A stretch of DNA of 64,000 bases, taken from IMG/VR virus record IMGVR_UViG_3300049440_000308, positions 62,309-126,308 of that record; one strand, 5' to 3'. Shown here one piece after another: positions 54,808-63,601 of the stretch. The notes under the pieces were generated by a model. The model had not been told where the DNA came from and searched no databases. It worked only from the letters and a program-made list of their open reading frames with translations. A program made the position numbers and the translations under genes. The DNA is from a virus. Every line of letters begins with the position of its first letter. Position 1 is the first letter of the stretch.

Positions 54808-55401
54808 ATGTCGGGATACACGGGCACGATGTTCGAGGAACTGTACTCGCTCCCGGTCGCGGTCACGAAGAACACCTACACGACGATCGCCCCGGTCTCC
54901 GCCGCCGCCGCCACGTCAGTACCGCGCTGCGTCATCCCGGCGGGGTACTTCAGCGCGGCCGGCAAGTCGATTAGCTACCGGGCCAGGGGCACGCTCCAGT
55001 CCGCGGCGGGCACGGCGACGTTCTCTTTCACCGGGGGGCTCGACTCAACGGCGGCGACGCTCGGCAAGACGCTGTTCGCGACGGCGAACCTGACCCCGGC
55101 CACCGGCACGGCCGTGTTCGACATCGAGGGCGACATCGTTGCCCAGGCAGTCGGGCAGGCCGGGACGACGCTTCAGTCGAACGGCTCAGTGCGGGTGGCG
55201 GGCACCACCGCGAACGCGTGGCTCACGTCGCTGGCCGCCACGGGCGGCGCGGCGGCAGGCGCCCAGGTGCTGTTCTCGAACAGCGTCACCGCGCTGGACA
55301 ACGAGGTGAGCCAGTACCTTGAGCTGTTCGGCACGTGGTCCGCGTCGTCGGCGACCAACTCGACTGTCCTTCAGGTGTTCAAGGTGTACGGCGAGAACTA
55401 G
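54808..55401 (+). CDS. beta-rich hypothetical structural protein
   Basis: GC3-rich ORF in the operon. Confidence 0.65.
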   Translation: MSGYTGTMFEELYSLPVAVTKNTYTTIAPVSAAAATSVPRCVIPAGYFSAAGKSISYRARGTLQSAAGTATFSFTGGLDSTAATLGKTLFATANLTPATGTAVFDIEGDIVAQAVGQAGTTLQSNGSVRVAGTTANAWLTSLAATGGAAAGAQVLFSNSVTALDNEVSQYLELFGTWSASSATNSTVLQVFKVYGEN

Positions 55402-55439
55402 CCGGAGCGGCCAGGGGCCAAGGTAAGGGAGGTGCCGCC

Positions 55440-58400
55440 GTGGCCGTGACCGTTGACGCCGTAGGCCCGTCTTCCTCCGGCCAGGCATCCGCCAGCGCCA
55501 CCGCCCTTACCTGGACGCACACCGCCGGGGCCGGCGGCACCGCCGTGCTGGCGTGGGTCGGCTGCGTCGCCTCTGACGGGGTTGCCCTTTCCTCCATCAC
55601 GGTGACCGTCACGTACGGCGGCACGCCGATGACGCTGCTGGCGCCCGGCGTCCCGGCCGGCGGCCCGGCGGCCACCACCGCCGGCGGCATCTTCGTCTTC
55701 GGCCTCACCGGGGCGCCGGCCGGGGCCAGCACGGTCTCGGTAACCGTCAGCGGGGACAGCGGCAACGCCGGCGGCAACGAGGGCGGCTCGGTCTCCTATA
55801 ACGGCGCGGGCGGCTTCGGGACGCCGGGCACCGCGGGAAGCAACGGCGCGGCCGTCGCGTCCGGGACGGTCAGCGCCGCCGGCACCGCCTCCGGCAACCT
55901 GGTCGCCGCCGGCGTCGTCTGCGGGTCAGGCCCCGGGGTCACGTTCACCGCCCCGGCCGCCGGCGACGTCTCCTGCGCGAACAACAGCCTCTCCGGCGCC
56001 GGGTACCTGGGCATCTCGCACACGGCCTCGTCGTCCGGCACGGTCAGCACCGCCTGGACGCAGACCTCCGACTACTACGGCGCCGTGGCCGTCGAGGTCG
56101 TCGCGGCGGGCGCCGCCCCCGCGGTCGCGCCGCAGCCGCAGCCGCAGCCCGGAGGGCGCGCTTACCGCCGCCGCTGGCGGCGTGCCCAGCAGCGGGTGCT
56201 CACTACCGCGCCGGCTGCGGCTCCCGCCCAGTTCACCGAGGCGGGGGCCGCCGCGGACTCCCTGGGCGTCTCCTCCGCGGTGACACTCACGGAATCCGGC
56301 GCCGGCGCCGACCGGGGGCCGCTGGGGCCTCCCTATATTGCCGGGCTAGGGGGCGGCACCGGGACCGCCGGGTACTTCACGGACCAGTACGGGAACCCGC
56401 GCATCCTGTGGCTCGAGATGGCATGGGGCCTGCCGGGCAACGCGGGCCGGTGGAACAGCGGCAACTGGCAGTCCGACATGGACGCCTACTTCGCCGCCCG
56501 GGCAAGCCAGGGCTACACGGGCTGGTGGGGCGTCCCGTGGATCAACACCATCATCGACCCGGGCGCCGTCCACGCGGACGGCCGCACCTGGGACGGCATC
56601 TACCCGCTGACAGTCAACGGCACCCCCGGGAGCATCGCGACCGGCAGCGAGACGCTAGGGCTCAACGGCAGCTTCTGGGCGCGGACCGACTACATGGTCT
56701 CGTCGGCGCTCCGCAACGGGATCACGGTCTTCCTGAACCTGGGCATGGGCTACGACTTCTCGCAGTCCGGGTTCATCTGGCAGCACCTGAGTACTACGCA
56801 GGCGCAGGCGTTCGGCGCGCTGGTCGCCGCCCGGTACCCGCAGGGCACCTACCCGAACCTGCAGTGGGTGTTCGGCGACGACACGCTGGCCGGCGCGTAC
56901 GATACCTACTTCTCCGCGATGCTGACCGGGGTCCGGGGCACGGGGGACACGCGCAACGCGGTTGCCGTGGAGCAGCTGCTGGAGACCAACTGCCACATCG
57001 AGTTCGACACCGGGGCCGTGTACGTGCCCGGCGGGTTCGGCGTCACGAGCGCCCAGTGGAACCACGTCTACACCTACTGCCCTCCGTACCTGGCCGTTGA
57101 GGACTCCTACACCGAGTCGGGGACCACGCTGATCCCGGTCGTGTGGGGTGACGGCGCCTGGCACGGGGACACTGACAACGGCACGCCGGAGTACACCATC
57201 CGCCGGCAGACCTGGTGGGCGCTGGCCTCGGGGGCGCGCGGCGTCAACCAGACGGCCGGGCCCTCGAATGCCGCCACCGCCACGATCTGGACCTGGCAGT
57301 CCGGCGCGGCAGCGGGACTGGCATCCGACCCCGCCGGGCCGTGGTGCACGACCACCGGGCCGGCGGTCAGCGCGTACTTCACCAGCCTGCCGGGCTGGCA
57401 CAAGCTCGTCCCGGACACGGGAAGCGCGCTGGTGACCAGCGGCCGGGGTTCGAAGTCCACTAGTGCCGCGCCCGGTTTCACCCCGGCCAACTCGTACGGC
57501 GACACCGACAACTACGTTGCCGCCAGCCGGGTCAGCGACGGGTCCCTGGCGGTCATCTACTGCGGGCAGCACTTCAGCATCACCATCGACCAGGCCAAGA
57601 TGGCAGCCGGGTACACGGCCACCTGGGTTGACCCGTCGTCACTGGCCGTGACCGCGGCCACGGCCGGCTCCTCCTACAACTCGACTCCGCAGGGTAACAA
57701 CAGCGCGGGCAACCCGGACTGGGTACTGGTACTCCAGGCATCTGTCACGGCTGCGTCACTGCCTGAAGCCGGCTCCGGTACCGACGCCCTGGCGGTCTCG
57801 CAGCCGGCCGGCCTCAGTGAGCCCGGCACGGCAAGTGACGCCCTCGCACTGGCGGGGCCGGCTCCGCTGGCAGAGACGGGTGCCGCGGCCGCCGCCCTGG
57901 CGGTCGTGCAGCCGGCGCCCTTCACTGAGGCGGGCGCCGGCGCGGATGCCCCCGGGATCATGCCGGGCCTTGCTGACACCGGGCAGGCCGCCGACACGCT
58001 CGCTGTCACGCTGGCCTCACTGACCGGGCTGACGGACGCCGGGGCCGGCACGGACAGCCTGGCGGTCGCACAGCCGGCCCCGCTGACGGAAACAGGCGCG
58101 GGGTCTGATGCCCTGGCGCTGGCGCAGCCCGCAGGGCTCCCCGAGGCGGGCGCCGGGGCGGACGCGCTCGCCATCGCGGAACCCGCCAGCCTCACGGAGA
58201 GCGGCACCGGCACTGACCTTCTCGGGACCGTGCCGGGGCTGGCCGAGTCCGCCGGCGGCGCTGACGCGCTCGCGGTCTCGCAGCCGGCCCCGCTGAGCGA
58301 AGCGGGCACCGGGACCGACGCGATCGCGGTCTCGCAGCCGGCCGCGTTCCCGGAGTCCGGCACGGGCGACGGCCTGCCGGCGGTGACGCAGCCCACGGGG

Positions 58401-59507
58401 CTGGCCGGCAGCGGCACCGGGTCGGAGGCACTGTCGGTTACGCTCGTCACGCTCGCCGGCCTGACTGAGGGCGGCTCGGGAGCCGATGCCCTTGCGGCCG
58501 TCCCGGTCGCGCCCCTGAGTGAGTCCGGTACCGGGGCGGACGCCCTCGGGGCCATGCCAGGGCTCACCGGGACGGGCGCCGGCGCTGACGCGCTCGCGCT
58601 AGCCCAGCCGGCCGCGCTCACGGAGGGGGGCACGGGCGACGGCCTGCTCACGCTGGCGCAGTTCACGGGCCTCGCCGAACCTGGCGCGGTCACGGACACG
58701 CTGGGGATATCGCAGGCCGCCGCCGTCGCCCTGGCCGAGTCCGGGGCGGGGGGTCCTGAGCAGCTTGGCGTGATGCCGGGGCTCGCCGACACGGGCACGG
58801 GCTCCGGCTCGCTGGCGCTGGCGCAGCCCGCGGGGCTCACGGAGGCCGGCGCCGGGGATGAAACCCTGGCGCTAGCCCAGTCGGCCAGCCTGGCGGAGGC
58901 CGGCGCCGGGGCGGACTCCCTGGGTATCCCCAGCCTCAGCGTGATCAGCCTCGGCGAGGCCGGCGCAGGCAGTGACACGCTCGCCGTCACCGCCGGCACG
59001 GTTCCGCTCACGGACGCCGGGGCCGGCACAGACAGCCTGGCGGTGATGCAGCCCGGCACGGGCAGCACCGGCACCGTCACCTGGACGGCTCATCCTGCCC
59101 CGCCCCGCTGGCGGGCCTCGCCTGCCCCGCCCCGCTGGAGGATCATCATGGCACTGTTCGAGCCGATCGCCGCGATCAGCCTGGAAGAGGTCAACGTCAC
59201 CTGGCTGTCCCGGCTCGCCGGGACGACGGTTGACCCGACGGGCGTGAGCGAGGGGTCCACGCTGCTGCCGGTTCAGATGGCCTTCCCGGTATCATCCGGG
59301 AACCCTGCGCTTCCCGCGGAGCCTGTTACGTGGTTCGCGGCGTCATGGCTGCTCGGCGGGACCAGCATCGGCTACATAGCGCAGGCGCTAGTCGGCCCTG
59401 GCGGGACAGTGACGCTGACCGCCGGCATGACCTATGACTGCTGGTCAAAGATAAGCGGGGCGCCTGAGAGTCCAGCGAAATTCGCCGGCTCGATCGAGGT
59501 GTACTAG
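55440..59507 (+). CDS. large multidomain tail/fibre protein: beta domain, DUF4038/apiosidase-like TIM barrel, collagen-binding-like domain, LxExGxGxD repeats, C-terminal domain
   Basis: AGGGAGG SD; YFTDQYGNP..W, YFAARASQGY, WVFGDD, WGDGAW, IRRQTWWALASGA, WVDP and PDWVLVL. Confidence 0.75.
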   Translation: MAVTVDAVGPSSSGQASASATALTWTHTAGAGGTAVLAWVGCVASDGVALSSITVTVTYGGTPMTLLAPGVPAGGPAATTAGGIFVFGLTGAPAGASTVSVTVSGDSGNAGGNEGGSVSYNGAGGFGTPGTAGSNGAAVASGTVSAAGTASGNLVAAGVVCGSGPGVTFTAPAAGDVSCANNSLSGAGYLGISHTASSSGTVSTAWTQTSDYYGAVAVEVVAAGAAPAVAPQPQPQPGGRAYRRRWRRAQQRVLTTAPAAAPAQFTEAGAAADSLGVSSAVTLTESGAGADRGPLGPPYIAGLGGGTGTAGYFTDQYGNPRILWLEMAWGLPGNAGRWNSGNWQSDMDAYFAARASQGYTGWWGVPWINTIIDPGAVHADGRTWDGIYPLTVNGTPGSIATGSETLGLNGSFWARTDYMVSSALRNGITVFLNLGMGYDFSQSGFIWQHLSTTQAQAFGALVAARYPQGTYPNLQWVFGDDTLAGAYDTYFSAMLTGVRGTGDTRNAVAVEQLLETNCHIEFDTGAVYVPGGFGVTSAQWNHVYTYCPPYLAVEDSYTESGTTLIPVVWGDGAWHGDTDNGTPEYTIRRQTWWALASGARGVNQTAGPSNAATATIWTWQSGAAAGLASDPAGPWCTTTGPAVSAYFTSLPGWHKLVPDTGSALVTSGRGSKSTSAAPGFTPANSYGDTDNYVAASRVSDGSLAVIYCGQHFSITIDQAKMAAGYTATWVDPSSLAVTAATAGSSYNSTPQGNNSAGNPDWVLVLQASVTAASLPEAGSGTDALAVSQPAGLSEPGTASDALALAGPAPLAETGAAAAALAVVQPAPFTEAGAGADAPGIMPGLADTGQAADTLAVTLASLTGLTDAGAGTDSLAVAQPAPLTETGAGSDALALAQPAGLPEAGAGADALAIAEPASLTESGTGTDLLGTVPGLAESAGGADALAVSQPAPLSEAGTGTDAIAVSQPAAFPESGTGDGLPAVTQPTGLAGSGTGSEALSVTLVTLAGLTEGGSGADALAAVPVAPLSESGTGADALGAMPGLTGTGAGADALALAQPAALTEGGTGDGLLTLAQFTGLAEPGAVTDTLGISQAAAVALAESGAGGPEQLGVMPGLADTGTGSGSLALAQPAGLTEAGAGDETLALAQSASLAEAGAGADSLGIPSLSVISLGEAGAGSDTLAVTAGTVPLTDAGAGTDSLAVMQPGTGSTGTVTWTAHPAPPRWRASPAPPRWRIIMALFEPIAAISLEEVNVTWLSRLAGTTVDPTGVSEGSTLLPVQMAFPVSSGNPALPAEPVTWFAASWLLGGTSIGYIAQALVGPGGTVTLTAGMTYDCWSKISGAPESPAKFAGSIEVY
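57760..59060 (+). repeat. imperfect coding tandem repeats, units of about 17-21 aa (L-T/A-E-x-G-x-G-x-D-x-L)
   Basis: Repeats visible in the translation. Confidence 0.85.
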
Positions 59508-59511
59508 ACAG

Positions 59512-59546
59512 CGGCACCCCCCGGCGGGAAGTACCGGGGGGTGCCG
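59512..59546. terminator. bidirectional terminator hairpin between late and leftward genes
   Basis: 13-bp stem CGGCACCCCCCGG/CCGGGGGGTGCCG. Confidence 0.7.
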
Positions 59547-59576
59547 TAATGCTGTGCGCCTGGCCTAGCTCAAACG

Positions 59577-60608
59577 CTACGCGGTCACGAAGAACACGTA
59601 GCCGAAGTGAGATCCCGGCCACGGCGTGGTGCTGTGGGTGGAGCAGTCAGCCGGCCCGCTCACCGGCTGGTAGTACACGGTGTAGCCGTGGTGCTGCTCC
59701 AGCCCGCCGTACACCGCCACGTTCAGCCCGACCACGCCCGGCACCCAGCCCTGGTGGCCGTTGATCGCGCCGGGGCCGACGATGGTGAAGTGGTCGCACG
59801 AGGCCACGTTGCTCTGGATGAACGACACGTTCTCACGAGACGGGTTGATCCCCTCGGTGGCGCGCCCGCCGCTCAGCTTCGGCACTCCCTCGAAGAACGG
59901 CCCGACGACCGCGATGATCCCCTCGGTGGCCACGGAGCCGGCCGGGTCGGCGGCGCGAACGACGAACAGCGGGTACTTGCCGTTGACGGCGGTGCCGACC
60001 GACAGCGTCTGCGCGGTCCCGTCGAACACCACCCCGGCGGGCAGGTTGGACGCCGTCTCCGGCACGCTGCCCGGCACGGTCGAGAAGGTAACCGCCCCGT
60101 TGGCGTTGGTCGGCGCGTTCAGGGTGACGGTGTCCGTCGTGATGGTCACGCTGTCATGCGCGGTGTCGTCGCCAGGGGTGACAACCACGGTCGCAACGCC
60201 CCGCGCGAGACCGGGCGAAAGCTCCGACGCGTCCACCTTGAACGTGTCCGTGTGCCCGGCCGGGAAGACGCCCGGCTGGAGCGTAACCTGCCCGACGCCG
60301 ATCGTCGGGTCGGTGATCCCGTCAACGGGCAGGCCTGAATCACTCCAGTGGATGCCGGGGAAGGCGTTCAGGGTGCTGGTCGCGGCGAACTGGATGACCG
60401 ACCCGACGGGCACCTGGGTGGCAGGGCTGTTGACCGGGATGGCGAACGAGCCGAACATCGCGGTGATGCTGCTGATGCTGTCGGAGTACGCCTCGGCGGC
60501 GGTGACGCCGTTGGGGGTCGCGGCGTGCGCGGTCCCTCCCGCGGCAAGGGCCGCTCCCGCAATCAGCGCGGGTACCGCCAGGGCGGCGGCAAGCCTGCGG
60601 ATCTTCAT
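59577..60608 (-). CDS. secreted protein with putative Ig-like domains
   Basis: Sec signal MKIRRLAAALAVPALIAGAALAAGGTAHA; WSDSGLP and SNLPAGV repeats; GAGG SD. Confidence 0.75.
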   Translation of the reverse strand: MKIRRLAAALAVPALIAGAALAAGGTAHAATPNGVTAAEAYSDSISSITAMFGSFAIPVNSPATQVPVGSVIQFAATSTLNAFPGIHWSDSGLPVDGITDPTIGVGQVTLQPGVFPAGHTDTFKVDASELSPGLARGVATVVVTPGDDTAHDSVTITTDTVTLNAPTNANGAVTFSTVPGSVPETASNLPAGVVFDGTAQTLSVGTAVNGKYPLFVVRAADPAGSVATEGIIAVVGPFFEGVPKLSGGRATEGINPSRENVSFIQSNVASCDHFTIVGPGAINGHQGWVPGVVGLNVAVYGGLEQHHGYTVYYQPVSGPADCSTHSTTPWPGSHFGYVFFVTA

Positions 60609-60700
60609 ATGACCTCATTCTCTCTTAACGTGCCCCCTCGCGACTGTCGCGGGGGAAGCACCTGATTCTGCACCGCACCAGAGGGGAATGCGGCGGTATA

Positions 60701-60748
60701 GGGGCAACCTGGGGGCAACCTGTTACCTGCACTGCCCCAGGTTGCCCC
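60701..60748. promoter_or_regulatory. GGGGCAACCT direct repeats (11-bp period) plus inverted copy
   Basis: 60701-60710, 60712-60721 and inverted 60739-60748. Confidence 0.55.
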
Positions 60749-60773
60749 GGTTTACCGGGAAAAGACCCGGGTG

Positions 60774-60974
60774 CTACTCCGGCTGCACCGGGATGCCCGC
60801 GAGCAGCGCCCGGACTTCGGTTTCCCGGTAGCGGCGGTGGTTGCCGAGGGTGCGGATCGACGTGAGCTTCCCCGCCTTCGCCCACCGGGTGACGGTCTTC
60901 GGGTCGACGCGGAACATCGTGGCGACCTCCGCCGGGGTCAGCAGCGGCTCGGCCTCCGGGTGCCTTGTGCTCAT
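60774..60974 (-). CDS. bldC: BldC-family MerR-like HTH regulator
   Basis: EPLLTPAEVATMFRVDPKTVTRWAKAGKLTSIRTLG.HRRYRE.EVRALLAGIP matches Streptomyces BldC as I recall it. Confidence 0.9.
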   Translation of the reverse strand: MSTRHPEAEPLLTPAEVATMFRVDPKTVTRWAKAGKLTSIRTLGNHRRYRETEVRALLAGIPVQPE

Positions 60975-61084
60975 CTCTCGGTATTCCTCTCCCTTTAACG
61001 CGATATGGTTTCAGTCGTCGCAATACGGGGTGATCTTCCCTGTCCTGTCCCCGGCCGGAGTGCGATCCGGCCGGGAACGGGGAA

Positions 61085-61732
61085 TCACGGGGTATCCGGG
61101 CCGACCGGCTCGGCGTCCCGGAACTGCTCGATGACCTCGGCAAGTTCGCGGGCGTCAGCGAACGCGAGCCCGGCGCGCATCGCCCGCGTCATGTCCGGGT
61201 ACGCCTTCAGGTGCCGCCGGAGCCAGTGCTCGCGGGGGCTCACGTCCTCAATGTCGCCGCCGGTCACCAGCAGGCTCATCCCGTCGCCCTGCCGCATCAC
61301 CCGGGAGAACACCGGGTGCGCCCGGTAGCAGGTGAAGGTTGCCGCCACCTTCCCGCCCCCCGCCAGGCGCGCGTCATTGGCCTCACGGAGCAGGCCCTCG
61401 TCCATCACCATCAGCGCCCGCTCCCGCATCCCCGCGACCCGCCTGCGGTCCGGCGTGAACAGCACGCCCGCGTCCCGGTGCAGCCACGTGGCCGCGCCGG
61501 AGCCCGCCCTCTCATCGACCAGCCGGGCAAGCTCAGCGCGCAGCGCCTTCTCCCCGGACGCCGACCAGCGGACCCGCGAGCGGATCGCGGTCACGCCGAC
61601 CATGGCGGCGATGAGCCCGCAGCAAGCCGCCGGGAGGACATCGCCGACGACGGCCGCCCCCGCTGCCGTGAGAGCGGCCCATGCCGCCAGCACGTACCAG
61701 ATCCCGTAAGGGAACAGCCAGTTCCTCATCAT
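61085..61732 (-). CDS. membrane protein
   Basis: Two N-terminal TM helices; GGAG SD. Confidence 0.7.
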   Translation of the reverse strand: MMRNWLFPYGIWYVLAAWAALTAAGAAVVGDVLPAACCGLIAAMVGVTAIRSRVRWSASGEKALRAELARLVDERAGSGAATWLHRDAGVLFTPDRRRVAGMRERALMVMDEGLLREANDARLAGGGKVAATFTCYRAHPVFSRVMRQGDGMSLLVTGGDIEDVSPREHWLRRHLKAYPDMTRAMRAGLAFADARELAEVIEQFRDAEPVGPDTP

Positions 61733-61772
61733 CCCGTCCTCACTCCCTGTTCCTTTTCATCTTGTCGCCGGC

Positions 61773-62244
61773 TCAGATCCGGATCACCTTCACGCCGTCC
61801 GGCGACGGGTCGCCCAGCCCGGCGGTGACCTGGTCCATCATCGCTACCTCGGCGGGGCGAACCTCCCCGCGGGCGACCCGGGCGATCGCCTCCTGCCAGC
61901 GGGCGTCCGCGTCAACCGGGTCAACGGCAATTGCGGCGAGGGCCTCCCGCATCTCCGCCATGGGCGGGGCGGCAAACCAGAAGCTGCAGTAGGTGGCATC
62001 GAAGCTGTCGTCGGCGTCCCGCAGGTACAGCGGGTGCGCCTGCAGCGCCTCGTTGCAGGCGGCGAAGGCCTCCCGGTTCGGGCCGCCCTGCCGCGTGTAA
62101 AGGTGGATCTCCGGGCCGTCCTCGTCATTCATCGTGCACCGCGTCGCGAAACCGGCTTATCACCGGGTTGCCGAGCACGGCCAGCAGGACCGCGCCCCGC
62201 ACGTGCTGGCGGCCGTCCGCTACCGCTACCTCGTACATGGACAT
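61773..62244 (-). CDS. conserved phage hypothetical protein, apparently split (62125-62244 and 61773-62132)
   Basis: MSMY...LLAVLG...RFRDA then IHLYTRQGG.NRE...HPLYLRD.DDSFDATY resemble one protein family as I recall it. Confidence 0.5.
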
Positions 62245-62429
62245 CAGGCGTTCCCCTCTCGCAGCGCCTTTACCTCTTCCTGCCGGTACTTCCGGTGCCT
62301 GCCCGAACCGGGGACCGGGGTGATCTTCCCTGCTTTAGCCCAGCGGGTGACCGTCTTGACGTCCACGCCGAACTCCGCGGCGACCTGCTCCTCAGTCAGC
62401 AGCGGCGCCTCCGGCGGTGATGCGGTCAT
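62244..62429 (-). CDS. BldC/excisionase-like HTH protein (diverged paralog)
   Basis: PLLTEEQVAAEFGVDVKTVTRWAKAGKI...RHRKYRQEEV; GGAGG SD. Confidence 0.8.
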   Translation of the reverse strand: MTASPPEAPLLTEEQVAAEFGVDVKTVTRWAKAGKITPVPGSGRHRKYRQEEVKALREGNA

Positions 62430-62537
62430 GCTGTTCCTCCTCGTGCTAGCAGCGGTCTGCGGGGGGCGCGGCCCGGGGGCACCGGGCCACGGGACCGTAG
62501 GCGTGGGGGGCATCTCAGGCCTCCTGCCTGTACGCGG

Positions 62538-63365
62538 TCACGCCGAGGCCTCCGGTACCGTGATCCCCTGCTGCGCGCAGGCGTCCATGCAGCGCAGGCA
62601 GCCCCGGACGTACGCGGCGCTGGCCCTGTGGTTCCAGAAGCCCGCGTGGCCCACCCCGGCACCAGGGCAGAACGGGTCCTCGGTGCACTCCGGGCCGTCG
62701 AAGTGCACGATCAGGCGCCCCGGGCAGCAGAGCCGCGGGTGCCTGCCCGGGTCCGCCGCCACCCACCTCTTCTCGTACCTGATCGCCGCGGACAGGCAGT
62801 AGGGCTTCCCGGACCGCCGGTGGAAGATGACGGGCGGGCCGCCGGGGAGCAGCAGGTTCTCGCCCTCGAAGGCGACCGACTTCTGCCTGCTCGTCACCGG
62901 CTCCCCGCATGACCAGCAGCAGCCCGGCATGATCGCGGCGAGCCGTTCCATCTCCGCCGACTGCCTGCGGACCTCGTGCGTGATGTCGAGTTCCCGGCAA
63001 GGCCACGGCTCCCCGCACTCGGTGCAGACCGGGTAGTGCGGGTGCAGGACATAGGCCCGCGCCCGCAGCCCGGCGTACGGCCTGACCTCCAGGTGCTCCC
63101 GCCCGCCGCCCCTGGCCGGCTCCGCGATCAGGGCCAGCGGACGGAACCGCCACTCCTCCCCGGTGACGCCCTTGCGCCTGAACGGCTCGAAGTGCTCCCG
63201 GTCATCCTCGCCCCAGTCGATGACCGGGACCGGGCGGCTCTCGATGACCCGCCAGACCTCCCGGCCGAGCGCCAGCAGGTCACCGGGCCCCACGTCGCGC
63301 CAGTCGCGCCGCTCCCCGCCTTCCGGCTCCCACGTGCCGCCGTAACTGCCCCAGTACAGGCTCAT
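62538..63365 (-). CDS. Cys-rich hypothetical protein
   Basis: CTECGEPWPC, CCWSC and CLRC. Confidence 0.65.
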   Translation of the reverse strand: MSLYWGSYGGTWEPEGGERRDWRDVGPGDLLALGREVWRVIESRPVPVIDWGEDDREHFEPFRRKGVTGEEWRFRPLALIAEPARGGGREHLEVRPYAGLRARAYVLHPHYPVCTECGEPWPCRELDITHEVRRQSAEMERLAAIMPGCCWSCGEPVTSRQKSVAFEGENLLLPGGPPVIFHRRSGKPYCLSAAIRYEKRWVAADPGRHPRLCCPGRLIVHFDGPECTEDPFCPGAGVGHAGFWNHRASAAYVRGCLRCMDACAQQGITVPEASA

Positions 63366-63601
63366 GCCCGGCTCCCCCCGAGTGCCCTGAACACGGCGGC
63401 CACGGTACCCCGCAGTACCATCCCCGGGCCTCTCCTGGCGGGAAACTCATCATCCGCCCAGGCCTGGATCTCCTCTGTTATCGCCTCCGGGGCCCGCCCT
63501 TCCTCCTGCCTTGCCGCTATGACCGTGAGCAGTTCCAGGGCATCAGCGGGGTCCCCTGCCCTGGCGAGGGGGACACAGGGGAAGGGGACGGTCCGGCTCA
63601 C
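63362..63601 (-). CDS. hypothetical protein
   Basis: GTGA/ATGA overlaps. Confidence 0.5.
   Translation of the reverse strand: MSRTVPFPCVPLARAGDPADALELLTVIAARQEEGRAPEAITEEIQAWADDEFPARRGPGMVLRGTVAAVFRALGGSRA

Noticed and set aside
57760-59060. Tandem repeats as a CRISPR array
   Set aside because: Degenerate, in-frame coding repeats with no identical repeat/unique spacer structure.
31164-59080. Long minus-strand ORFs (31164-32909, 49832-51505, 57674-59080 and others)
   Set aside because: Arg/Gly/Pro- or Ser/Ala-rich shadows of real plus-strand genes, expected at this GC content; no motifs or SD.
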